Numbered from the stretch's first letter, positions 10,171 through 19,247 are shown. The stretch is DNA of 64,000 bases from an uncultured Candidatus Saccharibacteria bacterium (GCA_964629675.1 CAZVUG010000016.1:43-64042); one strand, 5' to 3'. Notes: generated from the letters alone by a model not told the origin. A program made the numbers and translations.

Positions 10171-11460
10171 TTAAGACTGCACTAATAACTTATCTGCTTT
10201 TTGCGGCTTTCCCATTATTTCTTTAACTATTTTCTCCAAATGCATAACTCGAGAACCTTTAATCAAAATAATATCTCCTTTTTTAATCTTTTTTTGAACT
10301 TTTAAGCCAGCCTCATCTGCCTGAGAAAAGGAAAAGATCTTTTCTTGCGGAAAACCATTTTTTTGCGCTTCATCTGCTATAAATCTAGCTCTGTCACCTA
10401 TAGTGAAAAGCATATCTAAAATAGCTGCTGCTTTTTTGCCAACTGCCCGATGACCTTCTTCAGTGTATTGGCCTAATTCCATCATATCTCCCAAAACAGC
10501 TATTTTCTTGCCTCCTTCTAAAGAAATGCCTTCTAAAATTTCTAAAGCAGCTATTGTTGCCAGAGGAGAAGCATTATAGCTATCATCAATAATCCAAGTC
10601 TTTTTAATGCCTTCAATTAAATTAGCTCTTCCTGGCAAAGATCGATATTTTTTAAGAGCTGAAGCAATATTAACTAAATTCATGCCAAAATTTAATCCGA
10701 CAGCCGCTCCGGCAGTTGCTGCAAAAGCATATTGTTTGCATAAAATTCTTTCCAGCTTTATTGGAACAATACTTCCTTTGTGCTCTAATTTAAAATTCAA
10801 GCTAAAATCCTTATCATTTAATCTTGAAATTGGCAAGGGGTTATTAATAAAATCAGGCCAATTTATAATCTGCAGATCTGCTCCTTCTCCAAAACCATAA
10901 TAAAAAGAACCTATTCCGTCAGGTAATTCATCCCCAATCATTCTTACTGTTAAATCATCGTAATTCAAAATAGCTAACCCGCCTTTTGGTAATTTTTTGA
11001 CTAACTGGGCTTTCTCTTCCGTAAGCTTGCCTTTTTCTGGAAAAAATTCTATATGAGAGGGAAATTCTCCAATAGCTGTAATTATTCCTATTTTAACGGG
11101 AACAAAACTTAAGAGATACTTCATGTCGCCTGGCCGGTCAATGCCCATTTCCAAAACTAAAATACGCGGATATTTTTTTCTAAATAAAATTAAACTAATT
11201 GCTTTGACAAAAACTTTTAGCCAGCCGTAAAAAGATTTTCCGCCTGTTTGGCTGCCAATAATAGTTAGCGGAACACCAATTTGATTGTTATAGTTTTTTA
11301 AATTTCGCCTAACTTTAAATTGTTTTTTCAAAACTCTGTAAATTGCTTCTTTAGTGCTTGTTTTGCCAACACTGCCAGTAATACCAATAATTTCTGGCTG
11401 GTACTTCCAGATTATCATTTGCGAAAAAACTTTTAAGATATATTGTAAAATTTTAAGCAT
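10171..11460 (-). CDS. murF: UDP-N-acetylmuramoyl-tripeptide--D-alanyl-D-alanine ligase
   Basis: Mur ligase P-loop GITGSVGKTSTKE and a DDSYNASP motif. Positioned in the dcw cluster downstream of ftsI. Confidence 0.9.
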   Translation of the reverse strand: MLKILQYILKVFSQMIIWKYQPEIIGITGSVGKTSTKEAIYRVLKKQFKVRRNLKNYNNQIGVPLTIIGSQTGGKSFYGWLKVFVKAISLILFRKKYPRILVLEMGIDRPGDMKYLLSFVPVKIGIITAIGEFPSHIEFFPEKGKLTEEKAQLVKKLPKGGLAILNYDDLTVRMIGDELPDGIGSFYYGFGEGADLQIINWPDFINNPLPISRLNDKDFSLNFKLEHKGSIVPIKLERILCKQYAFAATAGAAVGLNFGMNLVNIASALKKYRSLPGRANLIEGIKKTWIIDDSYNASPLATIAALEILEGISLEGGKKIAVLGDMMELGQYTEEGHRAVGKKAAAILDMLFTIGDRARFIADEAQKNGFPQEKIFSFSQADEAGLKVQKKIKKGDIILIKGSRVMHLEKIVKEIMGKPQKADKLLVQS

Positions 11461-11468
11461 ATTAATAA

Positions 11469-13187
11469 TTATTCTGGTTTTATTTCTAAATAATTAAGCA
11501 AATATTGAGACAATTCTTTAAATACTGGACTAACTGAATCAGCGGCAAAGCGGGTTTCCTGAGGTTTGTCTAATTTGACCAGAATAATGAATTGCGGATT
11601 AAAGGCAGGGGCAAAACCAACAAAAGTATGAATAGTCTCTTCTGAATAGCCGCCTTTTTCCGGAACTTGAGCAGTTCCAGTCTTACCGGCTATTTGATAA
11701 CCTTCTATAGCAGCTGGTTTGCCAAATCCATTCTCAACTACGCTTACTAACATTTTAGTTATTTCGTGAGCAGTTTCTTTAGAAATAATTCTTTCAATTA
11801 TTTCCGGTTCCGTTATTTTTTCCGTGCCGTCTGCTTCAATTGTTTTCTCAACAATAAAAGGACGTATTAAATTTCCTTCATTGGCGATAGCTGCCAATCC
11901 CCTAATTAAGCCTAAAGGAGTTACTGAAATTCCCTGGCCAAAAGAAATGTTAGCTAAATTAATTTCTCGATTAGTAAACAAATTGTTAATGTCTCCGCCA
12001 ATTTCTCCGCTTAAGCTTATGCCTGTCGGTTCACCCATCCTAAAATCAGAAATATATTCTTGGAAAATTTTTGTTCCGACTTCTTTTTGGACAAAAACTG
12101 CGCCAGTATTAATAGATTTTTCCAAAACTTCGGTCATTGTCGGATGGCCGTAAGCTTTACCATCTACATTCTTGATAGTATATTCTCCTATTTGAAGAAA
12201 TCCTTTGTCAAGATAAGTAGTCTCTGTATTTATTTTTCCGCTGTCTATACCAACAGCCATTGTAATTGGTTTAAAAACAGATCCTGGCTCATATAATTTC
12301 TGAATAGCCGGATTTAAAAAAACATCAATATTCTCTACTTCATTATAATTATTAGGGTCAAAATAAGGATAACTTGCCATTGCTCTAATAGCACCGCTTT
12401 TTGGCTCCATAATTATAATGGTGCCGCTTTCAGCTTTTTGTTCTTCAATTGCTTTTTGCAGCTCTTTTTCTGCTTTGAATTGAATATTTTCTTCGATAGT
12501 CAAGACAATATCTACGCCATCTTTAGCTGGCTTAAGCTCTTGATCAAAGGAGGGTATTTCATAGCCAGAAGTATCTTTTTCGCCGATAAAAATTCCCGCC
12601 TCGCCCTTTAATTGATTTTCAAAATAATTTTCTAAGCCGTACTGGCCAACTTTTTCATTATCTTTCTGCCCCAGGAATCCTGTTATATGGCAAGCTAAAG
12701 AGTCATAGGGATAATATCGATGATATTCCGGCATAATACCTATTCCGGCAAACTCTAGTTTACTAATTTCTTCTGCTTTTTCTTCATTAACTTTATAAGC
12801 TAAAGGTTCATAAGGATCATCTTTTTTGCTAGCTCTCACAGAGATGTCTTCTTCTTTTAAATCAAGAATTTTAGATAATTGATTAACTAATTCTTCTTTT
12901 TCTTTAGCTAAAACATTCTTTGGGACTAAATAAATATGATAAAATTTTTTATTAGCAGCCAGTAAAGACAATCTATTTTCTAAAGAAGAATTAGAAAAAT
13001 CCTGAATATATATTTCTCCTCTTTCCGGAAGTATTTCTTGATTCAAATTATGCTGATTTTGAGCTTGGGCATAATAATCATCATAATTTAAAATTTGGAG
13101 AGAAAATAAGCGGGCTATAATTATCCCGCCAATAAGAAAAAACGAAATCATTAAAAAGTTAATTCGCCATTCTTGATTATCCTTCAT
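11469..13187 (-). CDS. ftsI: Penicillin-binding protein 2/FtsI-type transpeptidase
   Basis: N-terminal TM segment. Transpeptidase motifs SVFK (SxxK), SIN (SxN) and KTGTA. Confidence 0.9.
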   Translation of the reverse strand: MKDNQEWRINFLMISFFLIGGIIIARLFSLQILNYDDYYAQAQNQHNLNQEILPERGEIYIQDFSNSSLENRLSLLAANKKFYHIYLVPKNVLAKEKEELVNQLSKILDLKEEDISVRASKKDDPYEPLAYKVNEEKAEEISKLEFAGIGIMPEYHRYYPYDSLACHITGFLGQKDNEKVGQYGLENYFENQLKGEAGIFIGEKDTSGYEIPSFDQELKPAKDGVDIVLTIEENIQFKAEKELQKAIEEQKAESGTIIIMEPKSGAIRAMASYPYFDPNNYNEVENIDVFLNPAIQKLYEPGSVFKPITMAVGIDSGKINTETTYLDKGFLQIGEYTIKNVDGKAYGHPTMTEVLEKSINTGAVFVQKEVGTKIFQEYISDFRMGEPTGISLSGEIGGDINNLFTNREINLANISFGQGISVTPLGLIRGLAAIANEGNLIRPFIVEKTIEADGTEKITEPEIIERIISKETAHEITKMLVSVVENGFGKPAAIEGYQIAGKTGTAQVPEKGGYSEETIHTFVGFAPAFNPQFIILVKLDKPQETRFAADSVSPVFKELSQYLLNYLEIKPE

Positions 13188-13197
13188 GTTAAGAAAA

Positions 13198-13527
13198 TTA
13201 ATTTCTAACAGCTACCTCTTGATCATTTACCAGATAAATTGCTTTATCCACTTTAACCATTCCTAAATTCTCTATTGCCTTTTCTAAATTATTCGGCGAT
13301 TGGGCTTTAACTATTTGCATTTCTAATTCTTGATTCATTTCGGCAAGCTCTTTCGCTTTCTCCTTGTAATCTCTAATTTCATAACTAGCTCCGACTAAGC
13401 TATTAGCTTGGACAAGATAAAAAAATCCTAAAGTCAGAATAGCTAAAACAGTTAAGGTGCTTATTAAGGTTAAACCTCTTTCGCAATTTCGATAATAATT
13501 TTTTTGTGATTTAATATAATCGGTCAT
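13198..13527 (-). CDS. ftsL: FtsL/DivIC-like cell-division protein
   Basis: 109 aa with a single TM segment followed by a coiled coil. Canonical position between rsmH and ftsI, with a 4-nt overlap with rsmH. Confidence 0.65.
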   Translation of the reverse strand: MTDYIKSQKNYYRNCERGLTLISTLTVLAILTLGFFYLVQANSLVGASYEIRDYKEKAKELAEMNQELEMQIVKAQSPNNLEKAIENLGMVKVDKAIYLVNDQEVAVRN

Positions 13528-14402
13528 ATTTTTTGAATAGCCCTTAATTTAGAACTTCTGCTTCGGCGATTCATTTCAATTTCTTCTAAATTAGGGCTTA
13601 TTGGTTTTTTAGTTAAAATTTTTATTAAATTATCTTTAGCTTTTTGCCGAAATAAATTTTTAACAATTCTATCTTCTAAAGAGTGAAAAGAAATAATAAC
13701 TAATCTTCCTTGTGGCTCTAAAATCTCTATAGCTTGCGGAATAGCTTTCTCAAGACTTGCTAATTCATCGTTAACTGCTATTCTCAATGATTGAAAAACT
13801 CTTGTAGCTGGATGAATTTTGCTCCTGCGAACAGATCTCTTTATTAAATCTGCTAATTGTTGAGTATTTTGAATCCGGCCTTGTTTTCTTTCCTGGACAA
13901 TCTTTCTAGCAATTTTTCTAGAAAATCTTTCCTGGCCGTATTCTTGAAATATTTCAGCTAATTTTTCTTCCGGCCATTGATTAATTATCTCTGCAGCAGT
14001 TATTTCTCCTTTACCAAAACGCATGTCCAATGGTTCATCTCGCAAAAAAGAAAATCCTTTGCCGCTTTGCTCAATTTGCCAAGAAGATAGGCCCAGATCA
14101 AACAAGATTCCATTAATTGGAAAAAAGTTATTATCTTCAACTATTTCTTTTAAATTTTTAAAGTTTCCGTTAACTAAGGTTAAATTATCTTTTAAATGAT
14201 GATCTTTGATTATTGATTTAAAATGTTCTATATCTTTCAGATCTGCGTCAATGCCTAAAATTTTACCATTCGGTTTAATTTTTTCTAAAATTTTTAAACT
14301 ATGTCCGCCAAAACCAACAGTACAATCAATAAAATTCTCATTAGAAGAAGGATTTAAATAACTAATGACTTCTTCTAATAAAACTGGTTCGTGGTTAATC
14401 AT
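13524..14402 (-). CDS. rsmH: 16S rRNA (cytosine1402-N4)-methyltransferase
   Basis: HEPVLLEEV and DCTVGFGGHS motifs. Follows mraZ. Confidence 0.92.
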   Translation of the reverse strand: MINHEPVLLEEVISYLNPSSNENFIDCTVGFGGHSLKILEKIKPNGKILGIDADLKDIEHFKSIIKDHHLKDNLTLVNGNFKNLKEIVEDNNFFPINGILFDLGLSSWQIEQSGKGFSFLRDEPLDMRFGKGEITAAEIINQWPEEKLAEIFQEYGQERFSRKIARKIVQERKQGRIQNTQQLADLIKRSVRRSKIHPATRVFQSLRIAVNDELASLEKAIPQAIEILEPQGRLVIISFHSLEDRIVKNLFRQKAKDNLIKILTKKPISPNLEEIEMNRRSRSSKLRAIQKI

Positions 14403-14830
14403 ATTCCTAATTCATTCATTTTTTCGGCAATATCTTCTGCTCGGCCAGTAGTTTTTTTCTTATATGATTCCCATTTTACCTCATCCCAAATTTCAATGCG
14501 GTTATAAAGTCCAGTGATAACTGCTCTTTTATTAAGCTGAGCATATGTTTTTAAATAATCAGGAAGCAATACCCTGCCTAGCCTGTCTAAACTAACATCC
14601 ATTGCTCCAGCTAGCATTAAACGGGCAAAAGCTCTGCTATCAGAACTGCTAATAGGTAAATTAGCTAATTTTTCGGCTAATTTTTTCCATTCTTCCATCG
14701 GATAAAGATAAAGACAATTATCTAATCCCCTAGTTAAGACTGCTTTTTTGCCTAATTGATTTCTAAATTTAGCTGGAACAGCCAGTCTTTTTTTAGTATC
14801 TATAGAGTGATAGTATTCGCCGATGAACAT
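14399..14830 (-). CDS. mraZ: Transcriptional regulator MraZ
   Basis: 143 aa. Duplicated SpoVT/AbrB-like halves with DxxxR motifs (IDTKKRLAVP and LDRLGRVLLP). Confidence 0.92.
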   Translation of the reverse strand: MFIGEYYHSIDTKKRLAVPAKFRNQLGKKAVLTRGLDNCLYLYPMEEWKKLAEKLANLPISSSDSRAFARLMLAGAMDVSLDRLGRVLLPDYLKTYAQLNKRAVITGLYNRIEIWDEVKWESYKKKTTGRAEDIAEKMNELGI

Positions 14831-14834
14831 TTAT

Positions 14835-14875
14835 TTATCCACAGAAAGTAGGACTTATCCCCACTTTTATCCACA
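14835..14875 (-). promoter_or_regulatory. Three GTGG-containing direct repeats in the mraZ leader (putative MraZ operator; also DnaA-box matches)
   Basis: Plus-strand TTATCCACA at 14835-14843 and 14867-14875, and TTATCCCCA at 14855-14863. On the mraZ strand the GTGG cores lie 10 and 22 nt apart, between the -10 element and the ATG. Confidence 0.5.
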
Positions 14876-14893
14876 TATTTCTACTTAATTAAC

Positions 14894-14922
14894 ATTATAT
14901 TCCACTAGACTGCCTCTGTCAA
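14894..14922 (-). promoter_or_regulatory. Sigma-70 type promoter of the mraZ/dcw operon
   Basis: On the minus strand: TTGACA (14922-14917), a 17-nt spacer, then TATAAT (14899-14894). Both hexamers match consensus perfectly. Confidence 0.7.
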
Positions 14923-14943
14923 ACACTCTTAAACATTCTTTTC

Positions 14944-14974
14944 TAAAATAAAAAAATGGCTTTATTAAGCCATT
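14944..14974 (-). terminator. Intrinsic terminator downstream of tRNA-Val
   Basis: 8-bp stem AATGGCTT/AAGCCATT (14955-14974) with a 4-nt loop, followed on the minus strand by TTTTTTTATTTT. Confidence 0.65.
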
Positions 14975-15017
14975 TTTCTTAAAAAACATAGATTATATCC
15001 ACAAATTATCCCCATAA

Positions 15018-15089
15018 TGGGCGGTATCCGATTCGAACGGATGACTCCTACAATGTGAATGTAGTGCTCTTCCGCTGAGCTAACCGCCC
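15018..15089 (-). tRNA. tRNA-Val (anticodon CAC)
   Basis: Reverse complement starts GGGCGGTTAGCTCAGCGG. Anticodon stem-loop CTACA-TTCACAT-TGTAG; T-arm CCGTTCGAATCGG. No encoded CCA. Confidence 0.9.
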
Positions 15090-15695
15090 TTAAATCCTTA
15101 ATCGATTGATTAGTTTTTCATGAGGTTTTTCTAGAATATCCCTAATGAATCTATCAAACATTCCGTAACGATATTTAAAATCTTTGGTCGAAAGAACGAC
15201 ATAATCTATTTCTCTGCCTACTTCTGATTCTAATTCTTTAAAAAAATTAGATAATTTCTTATTTTTATCACTATCAATTCTATCCCCAACTATTAAAAGA
15301 TCTACCCGCGAATTTTCGGTATTAGTAAATACTCCAGAAAGAACGACCAGTTTAATCTGGCTAAGGCTCTTCAGACGTTTGAGTATTTTTTCTTTAGAAG
15401 CTGGGCTAGACTTAAGCACCAAGGTTTTAAGTTCAGGATAAAAATCAAAATCGCTATTTATTGCATAAACTTTTCTATTTTTCCTTAATCTGTTTTTCAG
15501 AAGTTTAATGCTTTCAAGTTTTTTTATCTGAGCAGAACAAGCCGAAGAATTAGCTTTAGTTCTTTTAATTACCTCTTTTAATTCAAAAGCTTCTTCGGGA
15601 TGGCGAAAGAAAAGCTTAAGAATCTTAAGTTTGACTGGCGAGTCAAAAAGATATTCTAAAATCTCCTTAGGCATATTATTAATTGCCCTCCGCAA
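15090..15695 (-). CDS. Winged-helix DNA-binding protein with a C-terminal nucleotidyltransferase-like domain
   Basis: 201 aa. The N-terminal ArsR-like wHTH pattern and the C-terminal half (RVDLLIVGD...) are weak, fold-level resemblances only. Confidence 0.35.
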   Translation of the reverse strand: MRRAINNMPKEILEYLFDSPVKLKILKLFFRHPEEAFELKEVIKRTKANSSACSAQIKKLESIKLLKNRLRKNRKVYAINSDFDFYPELKTLVLKSSPASKEKILKRLKSLSQIKLVVLSGVFTNTENSRVDLLIVGDRIDSDKNKKLSNFFKELESEVGREIDYVVLSTKDFKYRYGMFDRFIRDILEKPHEKLINRLRI

Positions 15696-15699
15696 CTTT

Positions 15700-16149
15700 T
15701 TATTTTAATTCTACTGTTGCGCCGGCTTCTTCTAGTTTTTGCTTAATTTCTTCTGCTTCTTCTTTTTTAACGCCTTCTTTAATTACTTTAGGAGCTCCAT
15801 CCACTAATTCTTTTGCTTCTCTTAACCCTTTGCCAGTAATCTCTTTAACTAATTTAACTACGGCAATTTTTTGCGCGCCAGCATCTTTAATTTCTATGTC
15901 AAATGAGCTCTTCTCTTCTCCGCCTTCAGCGCCTTGCCCTTCGCTACCGCCTTGCGCGCCAGCTGCTGGAGCAGCTGCCATCATTGGGCTTACACCGAAT
16001 TTTTTCTCCAGAACTTCAACTAACTTAGCTAAATCAGCTACATTGAGCTTTTCAATTTTTTCAACTAAATCTTTAAATTTTTCTGGGATTTCTTCTTCTT
16101 TAACAGAAGTTTCTTCCTCAGGATTATTTTTCTTATTTTCTTCGGTCAT
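15700..16149 (-). CDS. rplL: Ribosomal protein L7/L12 (atypically long)
   Basis: C-terminal domain [56 protein letters not shown]. Has an extra acidic N-terminal extension and a Gly/Ala/Gln-rich hinge. Confidence 0.92.
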   Translation of the reverse strand: MTEENKKNNPEEETSVKEEEIPEKFKDLVEKIEKLNVADLAKLVEVLEKKFGVSPMMAAAPAAGAQGGSEGQGAEGGEEKSSFDIEIKDAGAQKIAVVKLVKEITGKGLREAKELVDGAPKVIKEGVKKEEAEEIKQKLEEAGATVELK

Positions 16150-16187
16150 AATTTATTTTACAACTAAAAATAAACTAAAACAATATT

Positions 16188-16712
16188 TTATTGTTTGCAG
16201 TTTATCATCCGTTGCTTTAATATTAAAGTTAATTTTATTAAATTTCCAGAAAGAACACCGACTAAACCGCTTAAAGGAGATGAAACGCTTCCAACTAATT
16301 TAGCCAGCAATTCTTCTCGAGAAGGCAGCTGAGATAATTTTGTAATTCCCTCCTGGTCAAAATATTCTCCGTTAATTAATCCGCCCATCATTTGAATTAC
16401 TTGTTCTTTCTTTGAAAAATTATACAAAATTTTAGTTGGAATAACTTCGTCTTGATAACCTAAAGCTAAAGCAAGCTGGCCAGGCATTTTTTCGGTTTTA
16501 ACTTTTGTAAAACCAGCTTTTTCTAAAGCTAAATCAGCAAGCGTCTTTTTAACTACTTGGCAGTTTATTTCTTTTTCTCGTAAATCTTCTCTTAATTTTC
16601 GAAATTGATTAACTTTCAAACCAGCGTAGTCAAAAAAGACAACTGTTTTTTGTTTAGAAAATTCTTTGGCTAAACTATCAATTATTTCTTTTTTATCTTT
16701 TTTATTAAGCAT
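16188..16712 (-). CDS. rplJ: Ribosomal protein L10
   Basis: 174 aa. The N-terminus (KEIIDSLAKEFSKQKTVVFFDYAGLKVNQFRKLR) is typical of L10. Sits directly upstream of rplL. Confidence 0.9.
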   Translation of the reverse strand: MLNKKDKKEIIDSLAKEFSKQKTVVFFDYAGLKVNQFRKLREDLREKEINCQVVKKTLADLALEKAGFTKVKTEKMPGQLALALGYQDEVIPTKILYNFSKKEQVIQMMGGLINGEYFDQEGITKLSQLPSREELLAKLVGSVSSPLSGLVGVLSGNLIKLTLILKQRMINCKQ

Positions 16713-16804
16713 GTTTTAAAATAAAAAACTACGGAAAGCCGTAGATAAAAAAACAAAAAAATTGTGCCTCAACAGGTCTTAAGTAATGCCTGTTATCTAC
16801 AGCT
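16713..16804 (-). promoter_or_regulatory. Candidate L10-leader-type attenuator upstream of rplJ
   Basis: Roughly 90-nt leader with two hairpins. The first is ACAGG...CCTGT. The second is CTACGGCTTTCCGTAG (16744-16729), followed by TTTTTTATTTT and ending 10 nt before the ATG. No SD is visible. Confidence 0.35.
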
Positions 16805-16810
16805 ATCTTT

Positions 16811-16839
16811 AGGATAATCTATTCTGTTTATCTAGTCAA
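16811..16839 (-). promoter_or_regulatory. Putative promoter of rplJL
   Basis: Minus strand: TTGACT (16839-16834), 17 nt, TATCCT (16816-16811). Confidence 0.45.
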
Positions 16840-16862
16840 CCCCCTTTTTAAAAAAATATAGT

Positions 16863-17846
16863 TTAATACAAATATTTGGCCTTATTTTGATTATGCTCTT
16901 CTAATGTTTTACTAAAGACAGTCTCTCCGTTAACTCCGGACAGAAAGAAATAATAATCGCTTTCTTGCGGATAAACAGCAGCTTTAATTGAAGATAATCC
17001 TGGATTGCAGATTGGTGTTGGCGGCAAACCAATGTTTCTATAAGTATTATAAGCAGAATCTATTTCCGTATCTTCTTGAGAATAGCGCCATTTATCAATT
17101 TCTAGAGCGTAAGCTATTGTCGCGCAAGATTCCAAAGGATAATTATCTGCCAATCTTCTCCAAAATATTCCAGAGACAATTTTCCTGTCCTGATCATTAT
17201 TTACTTCTTTTTCGATAATGCTGGCCATAATAATTATTTCTTCAATATCTTTTCCTTGATCCTCAATGTCAGCTTTTATTTTACTATCTAATTGGTCGGC
17301 AAAATTTTCTTTCATCTTTGATATTATTTTTTCTAAACTCTCGCCTTTTTCAAAATTATAAGTGTCGGGGAATAAATAGCCTTCTAATTCTTCTTTGTTA
17401 GCCAGCTCGCCCTCTTCGATTAAGCCATATTTTGCTAGACGGGCATCAATTTTTTTTAAATTGAATCCCTCTGGAATAGTTATTTTAATATCAACAGAGT
17501 TAGTTTCTCCTTGGATTATTTTATTTGCTATTTCTTTAACATTTAATCCGGGATTTATCAAATACTCGCCTGCTTTTAATTGAGCGCCCCAGCCCTTTAA
17601 TAAGATATATGACATAAACCAGATATCATTTTTAATTAAATTGTCTTTTTCTAAATTAGCCGCGATTTTTTTTAGCCCTTCACCTTCTTTGACTACAAAA
17701 ATCTGGTTATAGTTATTTCCTGAAGATAAAGGTTCAGAAAATTGATTTTTAATATAAAAATAGCTTATGCCGGTTAAAAAAATGACCAAAAGCATAATAA
17801 CTGATAATAAAAATAAGATAAATCTTGTTTTATTAATTATGATCAT
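16863..17846 (-). CDS. mltG: Endolytic murein transglycosylase MltG (YceG family)
   Basis: N-terminal TM segment plus a YceG-like domain (motifs EGYLFPDTY and ASIIEKE). Confidence 0.85.
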   Translation of the reverse strand: MIIINKTRFILFLLSVIMLLVIFLTGISYFYIKNQFSEPLSSGNNYNQIFVVKEGEGLKKIAANLEKDNLIKNDIWFMSYILLKGWGAQLKAGEYLINPGLNVKEIANKIIQGETNSVDIKITIPEGFNLKKIDARLAKYGLIEEGELANKEELEGYLFPDTYNFEKGESLEKIISKMKENFADQLDSKIKADIEDQGKDIEEIIIMASIIEKEVNNDQDRKIVSGIFWRRLADNYPLESCATIAYALEIDKWRYSQEDTEIDSAYNTYRNIGLPPTPICNPGLSSIKAAVYPQESDYYFFLSGVNGETVFSKTLEEHNQNKAKYLY

Positions 17847-18481
17847 AATTTTTTGGATACTAAAGGCACGAAAGAAAAGCCGGGATATTCTTTTTCAACA
17901 AAATCATTCTCTCCTTCTTTAGTTAATAACCAAAGGCTGTTTTTTATTGGTGCTACTAAACGCCCCCCTATTTTTAATTGATCTTTCCATGTTATAAAAA
18001 TTTTTTCAGCAGTAGCAGATACTACAATTTTATCAAAAGGAGATTGATCCGGAAGACCATCTGCTCCATCACCGCAAATAAAATTAGCTCGCCCTTTTTT
18101 AACAAAACTGTATTTAGACACATTATCTTGGCCGAAATTTTTTAATTCTGGTATTATTTCAACAGCATAAACAATACCCTTCTCTCCTATTATTTCACAA
18201 AGTAAGGCAGTTTGCCAGCCAGAGCCAGAGCCAATATCTAAAATTTTGTCTCCCTCTTGCGGTTTAAGTAATTCTAGCATAAAAGCAACTGTCAGCGGCT
18301 GAGAAATAGTTTGTCCATAATCAATTGATATCGGAGCATTATATTCATTAATAAAATCATCTCCTTGCTCTCTTTTAATTTCGTCAGATATAAAATCAGC
18401 CCGCTTGATTTTGCGAAAAGCATCAATAATCGGCGGGCTTTTTAAGTATCCTTGTTGAATTAATTGTTCAATTAGCTTCAT
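17843..18481 (-). CDS. pcm: Protein-L-isoaspartate O-methyltransferase
   Basis: GQTISQPLTVAFMLELL and SAM motif ILDIGSGSGWQTALL. Confidence 0.85.
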   Translation of the reverse strand: MKLIEQLIQQGYLKSPPIIDAFRKIKRADFISDEIKREQGDDFINEYNAPISIDYGQTISQPLTVAFMLELLKPQEGDKILDIGSGSGWQTALLCEIIGEKGIVYAVEIIPELKNFGQDNVSKYSFVKKGRANFICGDGADGLPDQSPFDKIVVSATAEKIFITWKDQLKIGGRLVAPIKNSLWLLTKEGENDFVEKEYPGFSFVPLVSKKL

Positions 18482-18496
18482 TTAATTTTCTCTAAT

Positions 18497-19219
18497 TTAT
18501 CTGCCAATTCTTCTTTCTCTTTTTTGATAATCTTTAACGGCTTTTATAAAATTCTCTTTATAAAAATCAGGAAATAATTCTTTAGGAAAATAAAGCTGCG
18601 TGTTAACACAATCCCACATCATAAATCCCCCGCTTAAATGAGGATCTTGACTGCTGCCTGTTCTGATTAAAAAATCAACCTCTGGCAAATCATGCGTCCA
18701 GAGATTATCTTTTAAAATTTGCGGAGTTATTTTTAAATCTTTATCTTCCCTTGCTTTCTTAGCTACTTTTTTAACAGCTTCGATCATTTCATTATTGCCG
18801 TCATAAGCAATAAATAAATTTAATAAATATTGATTGTAATTTTTCGTAGCTTCAATTAATTCCTGAGCTGCTTTTTTAACTTTTTCCGGCAATACTTCTA
18901 TCCATTGGCCGATAATGTTTACTTTCACTTCATGCTGATGAATTTCCTTACTCTTTGCTAATTTGCGAAAGTAACGTTCATATATTTTAAAGAGAACATG
19001 AACTTCTGGCTTAGGACGCTGAGTTAAATTATTCAGCGAACCGCCCCACCAAGAAAAACATTTAATATTCAAATTAAGAGCTGTCTGGGATATTTCTTCC
19101 ATTCTCTTAGCTCCTTCTAAATGGCCCTCCCAAGGAGACATTCCCTTTGCTTTAGCCCATCGACGGTTGCCGTCAGGAACAATAACTATATGTTGAGGAA
19201 TTTTTTCTTCATTTTTCAT
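18497..19219 (-). CDS. uppS: Undecaprenyl (isoprenyl) diphosphate synthase
   Basis: HIVIVPDGNRRWA and DFLIRTGS motifs of cis-prenyltransferases. Confidence 0.9.
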   Translation of the reverse strand: MKNEEKIPQHIVIVPDGNRRWAKAKGMSPWEGHLEGAKRMEEISQTALNLNIKCFSWWGGSLNNLTQRPKPEVHVLFKIYERYFRKLAKSKEIHQHEVKVNIIGQWIEVLPEKVKKAAQELIEATKNYNQYLLNLFIAYDGNNEMIEAVKKVAKKAREDKDLKITPQILKDNLWTHDLPEVDFLIRTGSSQDPHLSGGFMMWDCVNTQLYFPKELFPDFYKENFIKAVKDYQKRERRIGR

Positions 19220-19247
19220 AATTGATATGATCTCAAATGATAGACAG

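Noticed and set aside
14835-15014. Cluster of six DnaA-box-like 9-mers interpreted as the chromosomal origin (oriC)
   Set aside because: Gene orientation does not switch here, since both flanks are minus-strand. No dnaA or dnaN gene is adjacent. The boxes sit inside a defined promoter-leader and next to a tRNA terminator. An MraZ operator explains the 10-nt GTGG phasing. The idea is kept only as an alternative in the findings.
15683-16303. 206-aa plus-strand ORF rich in Ser, Ala, Pro and Leu
   Set aside because: It lies entirely antisense to rplL and the 3' end of rplJ. It is a low-complexity mirror of the Lys/Glu/Ala-rich ribosomal genes and has no SD.
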